A stretch of DNA of 64,000 nt from Mustelus asterias (Eukaryota). The stretch is from positions 5,084,001 through 5,148,000 of the forward strand of contig NC_135830.1 of the NCBI RefSeq assembly GCF_964213995.1, read 5' to 3'. Made by a program: the position numbers and the translations under genes. The notes beneath the pieces were generated by a model that made no database searches, was not told the DNA's origin, and saw nothing but the letters and a program-made list of their open reading frames with translations. Below, piece after piece: positions 14,271 to 25,041 of this stretch; positions within the stretch are counted from its first letter, which is position 1; the number at the start of each line of letters is the position of its first letter.

Positions 14271-14950
14271 AGGAATGTAAGAACTAGGAGCTGAAGTGGG
14301 CCAACTGGCGCCTCGATCCTGCTCCGCCATTGAATAAGATCATGGCCTACCTTTTTGTGGACTCGGCTCCACTTATCAGCCTGCACACCATAACCCTTAA
14401 TTACTTTACTGTTCAGAAATGTATTTTTCCTTGCCTTAAAAACATTCAATGAGGTAGCCTCCACTGCTTCACTGGGCAGGGAATTCCACAGATTCACAAT
14501 CCTTTGTGTGAAGAATTTCCTCCTCAACTGAGTGCTAAATCTGCTCCTCCTTATTTTGAGGCTATGCCCTCTAGTTCTGGTTTCACCTGCCAGTGGAAAC
14601 AACTTCCCCACTTCTATCTTATTAATTCCCTTCCTAATCTTATATGCTTCTATAAGATTCTCCCGGCACTCTTCTGAATTCCAATGACTATATGTTCAAA
14701 ATCTCTGAATTTCTTCATTTCCAGTTATTACATCCCCCTTGTCATCATCTAAAGGACCAATGTTTACTTTAGCCACTCTTTCTTTTTGCTTTATATATTT
14801 GTAGAAACATTTGATATCTGTTTTTATATTCTAAGCTAGTTTACTTTCATCATCCATCTTACTTTTCCTTATAGCTTTCTTCGTGGCTTTCTGTTGACCT
14901 TTAAAGATTTCCAAATGCTCTATTTTCCCACTAATCTTTGCCACTTTGTA
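14271..14950 (-). mobile_element. CR1-clade LINE fragment interrupting VH pseudogene 2
   Basis: LFPLAGETRTRGHSLKI...VNLWNSLPSEAVEA on the minus strand. Confidence 0.88.
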
Positions 14951-15271
14951 CCTTGTGTAATGAATGTTCAAAAAGTTTCTATTAATTTTGAATCAACTGT
15001 TAATATTCTTAAAATAAACGCTATTTTGATTTGAAACAGATCAATAAGTGACGGTTTATGGTTTTGCTGCCATGAACATTTCATTGTAAACAGTGAGGTG
15101 TTTATGTAAATAAATACAGAAATAGAAATCCCAGATTAGATTGTTGACTGACAAAAACACAACAAATATTTCCCCACCAACACAGCACAGAAATAGAGAC
15201 AAACATGCAAATCAATCAACGGATTCCAGTAACGATTGTTTTTCAATATTATTGAAAGCTATGATTTTAAA

Positions 15272-18200
15272 TTACATGAGGAAAAACGTCATGATGATAT
15301 CTATGTCCAGAATTAGGAAAACATCCCTCTGATCCCGAAATATAATGACACGGCAAATGTATTCATTGAAATTTCCTGTTTCATCTCTCTGTCTTTCTCC
15401 TGTCTGTTTCAGTGTCTGATCTCCCCACAATGGTTCGTCACCTTCACTCCACAACATGAAGTCAATGTCTACCCAATGTGTTCTCTCAGCCAAAGTTATA
15501 GACTTCTAAAAGAATTTAACTCAATGAATTGGAATCTGTGAAAGAGCTTGACTCTAAAAGATCTCTTGAGCATTCTTTGATCTTGGTATATTTGATACAT
15601 TTTCCTCTGTATCTCACCTCGGCTGTACCTGGTGATAAGGATTCAATGTGGCAGTACCAAAGGATCTGTCCCCATATTTAGCCGCTGCTGTCCCTGTCTT
15701 TGGAATATTTACTCTGCATCTAAACTCACTGTACCTTCCTTTTGAATGTTTGATATGACTTTGTCAAGGAAGATTTAATCCGTATCTCATCTCTGCTGTA
15801 CCTGACCTGGGTGTGTTTTATGGCACTATGTAGACAGCTCTTTTCCCTGTACCTAACACTAATTTAAATCTGCCTCCCGAATCTCTGAAGGAAGAGTGCA
15901 GAAGAGGTTTTACGTAGAAGAGAGTTACTGCTCTTTCTGCCTTCATTTTGTTTGAGCAGACTTTGTAGAGGGAGTTTCACTCTCTTTCTAGACAGTATAC
16001 TGTTCTGGGAATGTTTGATTTGGATAGTATAGAGCGAGATTCACTTTGTATGTAACTCATGCTATTCCTGCCTTGGGAGGGTTTAATTTGGCAATGCAGA
16101 GGGAACTTTGCATTCTTCAGCCAACACCACGTTACTCCTGTCCTGTAAGCTTTTGATGGGATAGTCGGCCGTCTCTACAAATTTCATGGGGTTGAACCAG
16201 TCTCTTTATATTACAGTAACTTTACCCTCTGTCAGCTTATATTATGAAGCCATGCCTTTGTTGATTTTTCACTGGACCCTAACTATTTTTATATTGCACG
16301 TACAATATTATATTGCCTGTCTCTACTCATATGAAACTGGATGTTGTATCTGTTTATACTAAATTAGACGCTGTTATACGTTATATTATACGTTACCATG
16401 TTTCTGTTCATATTAAGCGAGACGTTGTCTCTGTTTATATTAATATAGACCTATCTCTATTTGCATTAAACTAGATGCAGTCTTATTTCTGCAATTGACC
16501 CTGTCCACGTTTATATTGTATTGGACATGGTCTCAGTTTTTAACTGCACTGGGCAATGCCAGTAATGAGGGAAGTGGTTGGGGGAATACAATTCTCTGCA
16601 AACTTTATGAGGTTTTGGGCACGGGAAAAGAAGAAGCGATATCTAAAATGTACTTCTGCTGACTGCATTGAAAATGGATACCTAGCCCTGTGTAGCATGC
16701 GTTGTCAATAAAGAACAAAAAAACAAAGAAAATCACCGCACAGGGAAAGGCCTATCGGCCCTCCAAGACTGCACCAACCAAATACTGTCGATCCAATACT
16801 GCCCGTTTCTGGATCCTGCCTGATAACAATGTTTTTATCCCAACATATTATCTCTTCTTCTCGCAGAACCGTGTAGTAATACAGACATAATTCAAACAGC
16901 TATAGTTAAGTGCAGGAATAACACTGACACAGTCTAGTGAAATGTATACAGGGTCGGTATCAAATATTACGTATCCAGAGAGAATGTCTCGTGCAATATA
17001 AACTGAATTTCGATCTAGCAGAGTATTAACAGAACCAGACTGTGTTTTAATATAAACAGGGGCCAGATCCAACAAAATAGAAATGAGTTAGTGCCGAGTG
17101 CCATGTGGGGATGGTCAAATGCCAAATTCCAATGACAGCCACATCGCATGAAAGAAACATTTTTAAAAATGACATTGCCAAGGAAAAGAAAACTGAGACA
17201 GTGTCTAGCGCAGTTTTACTGATATAGGAGCTTATGCGACATGAACTGAGACAGCGCCGAGTAATTAATGATACTGGACCGAGATTTATATGAACTGCGA
17301 TGGAGCCAAGTGTATTAGTAATAATTACTGATACAGGACTGAGACAGGTTTAAACTGAAACAAAGTCCAGTGTGTTAATGATAATTACTGATATAGTACC
17401 TTGACTGATATAAACTTCATTCGTAGTTGTTGTTGATAAAGGAACTAGACTGATGCACACTGAGATTCGGACAATGCAGCAATTAGGAGGTATTGCAAAG
17501 TACAATAAAAGTACAATCTTTTGCCTGGTAGATGATGGATAGGGTTTGGAAATTCAGGAGGTGAGCTGTTCGCCGAAGAACCCCGGGCATCTCACCTGCT
17601 CTTGTAGCCACATGATTTAAATGCCTGTTCCAGATCAGATTTTCACGAAGTATAATGCCCAGGATGTTGATAGTGTGGGATTCTGCGCTAGTAATGCTAC
17701 TTAGTGTCAAGGGGAGATGGTTGGGATCTCCCTTACTGGAGAAGGTCATTGCCTGCCACTTGTGTGGCATTAATGTTACTTGTCACTCAATAGCCCAAGT
17801 CTGAATGTTTTCTAAGTCTTGCTTCATATGGACACAGACTGTGTCAGTACCTGAGGAGTCGGAACTGGTGCTGAACTTTGTTCAATCATCAGTGAACATC
17901 CCACATATGAACTTTGATGATGGCTGAAGCTTGGGGCTTTGTCACTAACCTGAAGAATTCCTGCAAAGCCGTGTGACTGAGATGATTGACCATTAAGAAC
18001 CACAACCATCTTCCTTTGTGTTCCAGCCAGTGGACTGTTTCCCCCTGATTCCTATTAACTGCAGTTTCGCTCGGGCTCCTGGATGCGACAAACGGTCAAA
18101 TGTTGCGCTGATGTCAAGGGCACGCAACCTCTCTTCACCTTTTAATTTAAAATTTGTATCTATATTTGGACTCATTTTAAATCATTTCTGGAATCGAGTG

Positions 18201-21200
18201 ATCCTGGCGGAACAAAAATTGAGCATCTTGGTTTGCGTGTGTTTTGTGAAATATATCATGTTTGACAGAAATTAATTTCAAAATGATCACTTGCATCCTT
18301 CCATTTACACTACATGATGGACACACAATAAACACATCCAATTCAGATTGGCTTCCTTTACATATGTCACCTTTTCTGATGATTGAAGAGGACAATTTTT
18401 GAAAGGTTAGTTCTGCCACAAGTGCTGCCCATTAAGCTACCATTTGTCATAGTGTGTTATCGTTTTTGTATCATGAATGGATATTTTGGTGTAGAGCCAG
18501 TTATCACCAAAATCCTATGGTCCTTGCCGTGCTGACGGTGTTGAATGTCTTAGCGAGATTGACCAAAGTACGTTAAAGATATGGACATATGGAACATGGA
18601 GAAGTTGTTGGCTGGAGTAAATCTTCCAACACAATCACTACACTGCACATCAGGAACACCCGGTCTGCAAGTAGATGATGTATTTCAAGTGTGACCCGAG
18701 CAAAGATCTTTCCCGTGATGCCATGACTGAGATATGTCTGTAGCTGGAGCAGACTCTTCCATTGGCTTACTTTGCAAAAAGTGTGATGAATTTGAATCAT
18801 GCATCTCTTGTGGAATGGTGGGTGCCAGGATGGCACAGTGGTTAGCTCTGTTGCCTCACATCGCCAGGGCCACAGGTTTGGTTCCCGGCTTGGGTCAGTG
18901 TCTGTGCGGTATCTGCACATTCTTCCCGTGTATGCGTGGATTTCCTCTGGGTGCTCCTCCCACAGTCCGAAAAGGCATGCAGGTAGGGTGCACTGGCCAG
19001 GCTAAATTCTCCCTCGGTGTACCCGAACAGACGCCGCAATGTGGCGACTCGGGGATTTTCACAGTAACTTCATTGAAGTGTTAATGTAAGCCTACTTGTG
19101 ACATTAATAAATAAACTTCAAACATTAAATCTTCCAGCAGATAAGGAGAATGTCATAAATGTTCAGAAGAATAGTAATTATTTTCACCAACGACCATCCA
19201 TTCACAATTTTTAAAAATGCATTCACCAGTTCTCATTCATTCATAAAGATTAGTATATTTAACATTACTTTATGGGAGGTGGGCGACACTTTCTAGGCCA
19301 GCATTTGTTCTCCATTGCTAATTGCATTCAGTAAAGTGGTGGTGAACCACCTTGTTGAACCGCTGCAAAACCTGCAGAGTAGGTACTCCCATAGTGCTGT
19401 TCGGGAGGGTGCTCATGGATTCCGACCCAGCGACAGTATAGGAATGGTAATATATGTTCAAGTGGGGTTGATGAGTGTCTTCGGGAGGGGGGCGGGGGAG
19501 GTGGGGGGGGGGGGGGGGGGGAATTTCCAGGCGGGGTTGTTCCACTTCACCAATTATCATCAATTCATACAGATAAACAATTATTTCACCAATTATATTC
19601 AGCATTTTGATAAAAGCAAAATACTACGGATTCTGGAAACTGAAACAAAAACAATAAATTCTGGAAAATCTCAACAGGTCTGACAGCATCTGGGGAGAGA
19701 GAATAGAGCCAACATTTTGAGTCAGGATGACGAATTTTTATTTGGAGGAAATTGAAGTGGATGATGAAATTGGGAAATGATACGGTTGGAAAGGGATTAG
19801 GAAGTTTTTTTTAGAATATAGTTAGTGATTGAGGCGTTGATTAGGTTAGTTAGGATGGAGAAGTTGAATATGATATTTGGGATCGATATCTGAATTGATG
19901 TAACTTGTGTGTGGTTCGAAATAGTGTATATCATTAAACAGTAACTACTTAAACTATTCCCATCTCACAGGAAAGTGATGCAGCTTCTCTGACACCTTGT
20001 TAGAAACAATGATGATCTCTCCAACGCATCAGGAATACTCTGTCGAAGCGCCATCCAGACACGAAAAGTTGGCTCTATTCTGTCTCCATAGAAGCTGTCA
20101 GACCTGCTGCGATTTTCCAGCATTTTCTGTTTGTTTTCAGTCTTTCATTCTATACAACATACAATTGTAATTTGCTTCGTAGGATGTATTAACATTTATT
20201 GGCATCATATTGGCCTTTTTGTCACCAAGGAATATAACCTGTCCCAGAATTCAGTGGGGAATGAAATTAATTCAGACCGAGCATAATGAACAGCGACCCA
20301 GCAGCCTCTGTTCTTCATTGACAAGTAATCACCTCATCATCACACAGAATGTCCTGATACATAGCTAGAGTGTGTGATGATTTTCAAAGTGATGATATAA
20401 ATGAAACTACCTGTACCTCATGTGAAGTTACTGAATCTTTAAATCCCGATTCAGTATTACACTGTTTTGGGAAGTAATGTAACAATTGTTATTGTCCAGT
20501 GAGTCTCACAATATTTCTGTTGGTATCTTATTTACGTTTCACCCTGTTACCTTCACTAATTTAGGTGAGGGCATGTTGAGTGATTTGCTGTACGTCAAAG
20601 AACCACATGTTTCAAATATTACAATCCTCCCTCCTCAAACTAATCATGTTCACTCTTTTTATCTTGGATATGAAGATTCAGCATCAGCAGAGAAATGAAC
20701 CATCCGAGCGGCAGGAATATCTCGTCCTTCTCTTCGTGAGGATCAGCTTGCTAACTCCCGATAAACTCGGGATGGATTTCACCCAGAGACTCTGAAAGAG
20801 TTGAAGGTATTAGACTGACACAAATGGAATAAAGGAGCTGATTCAATTTATGAAATAATCAAGCACAAATATGGGAATGTAGAACAGCATTTTTCAATAC
20901 CATCTCGCAATGCATCCATCAATCCATTCACTGATTCCTCAATCAAAATATTCAGGCATCCAACTGTCATTCATCCAACTATCATTCATTCAACTGTCAT
21001 TCATTCCTGCATCAAGACAGTCATTCATTTATTGTTTGTGCAGATGGTGACGTAATATTAATTTAATTGGCCCAGTTATCCAGAGACCCAGGACAATGAT
21101 GTGGGGACAGGGATTTAAATCGGAGCATTGCAGCTGGTGGAATTTGAATTCAATTAATAAATATGGAATACATTCGAATGGCGACCATAGAACCCTCTCT

Positions 21201-23002
21201 GATCCCCCAATGAGGGAAATCTGCCATCGCTACCTGGTCTCACAAGAATGTGACTCCAGACGGACACAAAATGGCTGACTCTTCAGAAGTGGCATAGAAA
21301 ACCATTCAGTTCAAGGGAATTTGGGACAGGCATAATGTGCTCGTCGTTCCACCAACTCAAACATCTCATGGAACGAGATAGGGAAAGAATACACAAGCAT
21401 ACATGTTCATGTATTACAACATGTATCGTCTCCCTGAATCATCTCTCAGTCTGCCTGTAATTCTTTCGATCCATCCATGACAATATCCTGATGTGTTGGA
21501 AAAATCATCATTGTTGCTAACAGGGTGTCAGAGAAGCTGCATAAATTGTCTTTCTTGAGAGATGGGTAAAATCCATATAGACTTACAACTTAAAACATTA
21601 AATTGCCTCCAGTACTGTTGCTGGGTAGATTTCTTTATAAATAGGGCTCATTGACAATGTGAAGGGTTTGAAGTTGGCTTGCAGCCAAGCGGTCAGTACT
21701 GAGGAAACAGATCTACTGCACAAACACCCCCAGATGCTTCCTGTCAATAACTTTGAGCATTTGGCAGCAGGCTGGATTGCTGCCAAATACTGTGTGGGAA
21801 AGATTAGTGTGAACCTGAATGGACAAAATGGGATTCAGCCATTTAAACAATAAACGTTTCATTCCCACAAGAATGACACATTTGAAATCGGAATCATTCT
21901 AATCAAAGATTTTCATTCAATGTCCTGTTCATTATGTGAGTAAATAGCATCGCAAAACAATAAAGTGACCAGATGCTTTTTCATTTGTATAACTTCCAAA
22001 TAAATGTCATTCCAATATTTAAAGTCTGTTTATTAACCACTTCATGAAATGCGAGAGAGAGATGTTGATGGTCCCAATTCCCCAGTTAATTGAGATCAGA
22101 GCAATGGCACAAATGCATCGAAATAATATTAAAAGAACATCATAAAACTGACATGAACAGCGGGAATTCCTGGAATATTCTGAAAGTTTTGCACCCTATT
22201 TAAACAGCAGCGTCTCTTGTACCTGATTAACACCCTATTCTATTGTACAGTATAATCTGATTCCTGTTATTGAAGAGTTCCTCTCATAGCTGCCAATGAG
22301 TGGAGAAATGATCAGTTCATAACCTGATTCAATGGAAGGTAAAACATTTATTCTTGTGATATTGTGCAATGTGCAGCAAAGCCCTGATATCTTGTGTTCC
22401 CAATACCAATAAATATTAGACAGCCGGTGGCCAATAGAGTGAGCTGCCACGATTTGGCTGCTGAAGGAGAACTTTAATGATCTCCGTGTCCGTTCCGATT
22501 CATTAACTTCTCTGTCAAAAGTCGATGTTAATTTTATGTTTTTCTCTCTCAACTCACTATTTAATTATCAGGAGGGCAGGATTCTTATTATTTTCAAAGG
22601 GCTGTCTTCGAGATTGGGCAGTTTGACAAATATAAGGAGAAACATTGTATTGTGTGAGAGTTTCTTCTCATCTCCAAACCCAAATTGTACAGTGAAAGCC
22701 ATCCGCACTGTAAATACAATCACTTTGTTCATACTCCGCATTTAGTTACAGAAATCGATAAAACTTCTTCTGATAAATGATGCTTTATTATTGTAATGTG
22801 ACAGAGACCCGGAATTGTTTCAACACAGACTGACGGTCTCTTTATTTTCCAAAAATGTTATTTCATCATTTTTAGATTTGTGTTCATCTTGGGGGCGTGG
22901 TAATAAAATCACCATATTTACAATGGTATTAGTTATTTTAAATAAAGAAATGATGAACTGCAATATCACCATCAGAAATAATGGAGACAATACAATGGAC
23001 AT
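15272..23002 (-). pseudogene. Alpha-1,6-fucosyltransferase (FUT8/GT23)-like multi-exon pseudogene, most complete copy; exons ~22820-23002?, 22223-22511, 21607-21814, 21403-21553, 20551-20791, 20278-20410, ~16604-16868, 15272-15505
   Basis: Exon-like blocks with mostly ag/gt(gc) ends conserved between copies; consensus peptides match FUT8 motifs in order (see findings); several stops and frameshifts. Confidence 0.65.
18280..18790 (-). mobile_element. Degenerate RTE-clade LINE RT fragment (homolog at ~8050-8460)
   Basis: GITGKIFARVTL..HLLADRV resembles the RTE RT 'GISLLSIAGKILAR' region. Confidence 0.6.
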
Positions 23003-23109
23003 ATTCAGCCAAACAAATATCCCGACACAGACAAAATGTCCATTTTAATATTAACCTATTGTAAATCTGGGACTCCATTCTGTTGGGGTGTGGAAGGTGG
23101 GACCTGGAT

Positions 23110-23185
23110 CCTGTCGCCGCCTCCAGCAGGGAATCAACAGGCGGCGCCTGGAAAGCCGCCCCCTTCTGCCGGGTATTTAAATACC
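23110..23185 (+). promoter_or_regulatory. VH promoter: GC-rich block plus TATA-like TATTTAAATA (23174-23183)
   Basis: About 90 nt upstream of the leader ATG; no ATGCAAAT octamer seen nearby. Confidence 0.7.
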
Positions 23186-23271
23186 GCTCACCGGACCGGA
23201 ATCCAACAGTCCGGGAGCTGGTTTGTTCACTGAGTTCCTGACACAACCATTTCCCCCAATTTACCAGAAGG

Positions 23272-23317
23272 ATGAGGTCGGCGATTTCTCTCAGTTTGTT
23301 GCTGACTTTCTTTTCTG
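23272..23317 (+). CDS. IGHV: IgM VH leader exon (MRSAISLSLLLTFFS-G)
   Basis: ATG at 23272, hydrophobic signal peptide, phase-1 donor G|gtgagt at 23318. Confidence 0.95.
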
Positions 23318-23451
23318 GTGAGTAGTTATTTTTCATTGTCTAAGTCTCCCACAGTTACTGTCTCAGTTTTAGTCCATCTCTGTAATATTCCAGAGTCAAA
23401 AACCATTACACCAGGATTAATTCTAGGGTTTTTTTTAATCTATTTTTACAG

Positions 23452-23756
23452 GTGTCCAGTCGGAGGTTGTGTTGACTCAGCCAGAGGCAGAGACCGGGCG
23501 TCCCGGAGGCTCCCTGACACTGACCTGTAAAACCAGCGGCTTCGCTCTTAGCAGCGCTTACATGCACTGGATCCGACAGGTTCCAGGACAGGGGTTGGAG
23601 TGGCTGGTTTACTACTATAGTTCATCCAGCAACAACTACGCCCCAGCAATTAAGGATCGATTTAGTGCGTCTAAAGACACTTCAACCAACATCTTCTCTT
23701 TGGAGATGACAAGGCTGAAGACCGAAGACACCGCCATCTATTACTGTGCAAGAGAC
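23452..23756 (+). CDS. IGHV: Functional VH exon ([25 protein letters not shown]...[12 protein letters not shown]...[10 protein letters not shown])
   Basis: Acceptor tttttacag| at 23451, open frame, both conserved Cys, FR2 Trp and YYCAR present; shark-type VH FR1. Confidence 0.97.
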
Positions 23757-23795
23757 CACAGCGAGAGGAACCAGGGATGGACCCGAACAAGAACA
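23757..23795 (+). other. VH 3' recombination signal sequence, 23-bp spacer
   Basis: CACAGCG (23757-23763), 23 nt, ACAAGAACA (23787-23795). Confidence 0.93.
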
Positions 23796-24167
23796 GCTCG
23801 AGAGGGAATTCAGCAACTTTCATCATAACCTGAAGGTCAGTATCTGTTTTAAATATAACACTAACGACAGTGATCAGAAGCAAAACACAAACTGCTTCTG
23901 ACAAACCCAACTTAGTGAAAATTAAACATTAAACCAAGAAAACACACAGACATAACGGGCTGAGCTTTTCACTCTGTTTATATTTACTGTTAACAGTTTC
24001 AGCAATTACACACCTGGATATAATGCTCGTTTTAATATTTCTGATACTTGGAGGAGATGTTTTTAGATTGTGTTTTGTAAACTGTTGCATGAAGTGTAAA
24101 TTACATCACGAATAATGGTCTATTTGAAGTGAATATTGAGCGGCAGTACTGAACAGAAAGTAAGTGC

Positions 24168-24247
24168 AGTTTTTGTGCGATGGTCTGTCACTGTGATACA
24201 GCAGTGGGTCACAGTGCTGAGCACAGCGACATCCTCATACAAAAACC
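24168..24247 (+). other. IGHD: D1 segment ATACAGCAGTGGGT (24196-24209) with 5' 12-RSS and 3' 22-RSS
   Basis: AGTTTTTGT-12-CACTGTG | D | CACAGTG-22-ACAAAAACC. Confidence 0.95.
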
Positions 24248-24560
24248 TCATGGAAAGAGATCGCTCAAATTGGTGATCAGCACCACAGCAGGATTTTCAA
24301 AGTAAAAGAGGCTTCAATGAAATAATGCGCAGAAGCAATATTAGTTTGTGAAAAGGTATAAAAATCTTCCCGTAAAATCTGTGTTGAACGATATGCTAAA
24401 TCTACATAGAGGGTTTAAAAGCATTCCGATACCCTTTGTAAATATAATGACTTGGACAAGCTACAATATCTCTCTCATTCGCTCTTAGAAGAGGCAGAAT
24501 CAGATTTTTGAGAGAGCAGTGAAATTAAATCTCTGTATTTTACAGTTAGCAGTCAGACTC

Positions 24561-24628
24561 AGTATTTGTCATGCTGTGTCTCACTGTGATAACTGGGTGG
24601 CACAACAGTTACTGTCTATACAAAAACC
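24561..24628 (+). other. IGHD: D2 segment ATAACTGGGTGG (24589-24600) with 12/12 RSS
   Basis: AGTATTTGT-12-CACTGTG | D | CACAACA-12-ACAAAAACC. Confidence 0.93.
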
Positions 24629-24954
24629 CTCAGCACTAATTGACCCAGACTGGGTCAGTGCTCTGTTTTGCAATCCAAAATTATTTGCAGTGCTGTATTA
24701 TTTATGTCCAGCTCTGTACAAACGGCGAGAATCAAATGGAAAATTTATGATAACTATTCAATTATCATTTGGTGTTTTCAATAACATGTTCATGTTATAC
24801 CCGGTGAAATACAAAACATAAGGGTTATTTATGTAGAGCGAACGGTATCCACAATTACAATAATAATCTCATGAATATTAATTGACTTTGCTTTTCCTCA
24901 GGTTTGTGAATATTTAAAATAATGGCGGCTTTTCTGTCTATTTTTTGCAGGGCC

Positions 24955-24993
24955 AGTTATTGTATGATCCAGCCAAGCGAATGTGACACTGTG
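24955..24993 (+). other. JH 5' RSS, 23-bp spacer
   Basis: AGTTATTGT (24955-24963), 23 nt, CACTGTG (24987-24993). Confidence 0.92.
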
Positions 24994-25041
24994 ACTACTT
25001 TGACTACTGGGGACAAGGGACCATGGTGACGGTGACTGCAG
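24994..25041 (+). CDS. IGHJ: JH segment (YFDYWGQGTMVTVTA)
   Basis: WGXG motif, donor G|gtaag at 25042. Confidence 0.97.
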
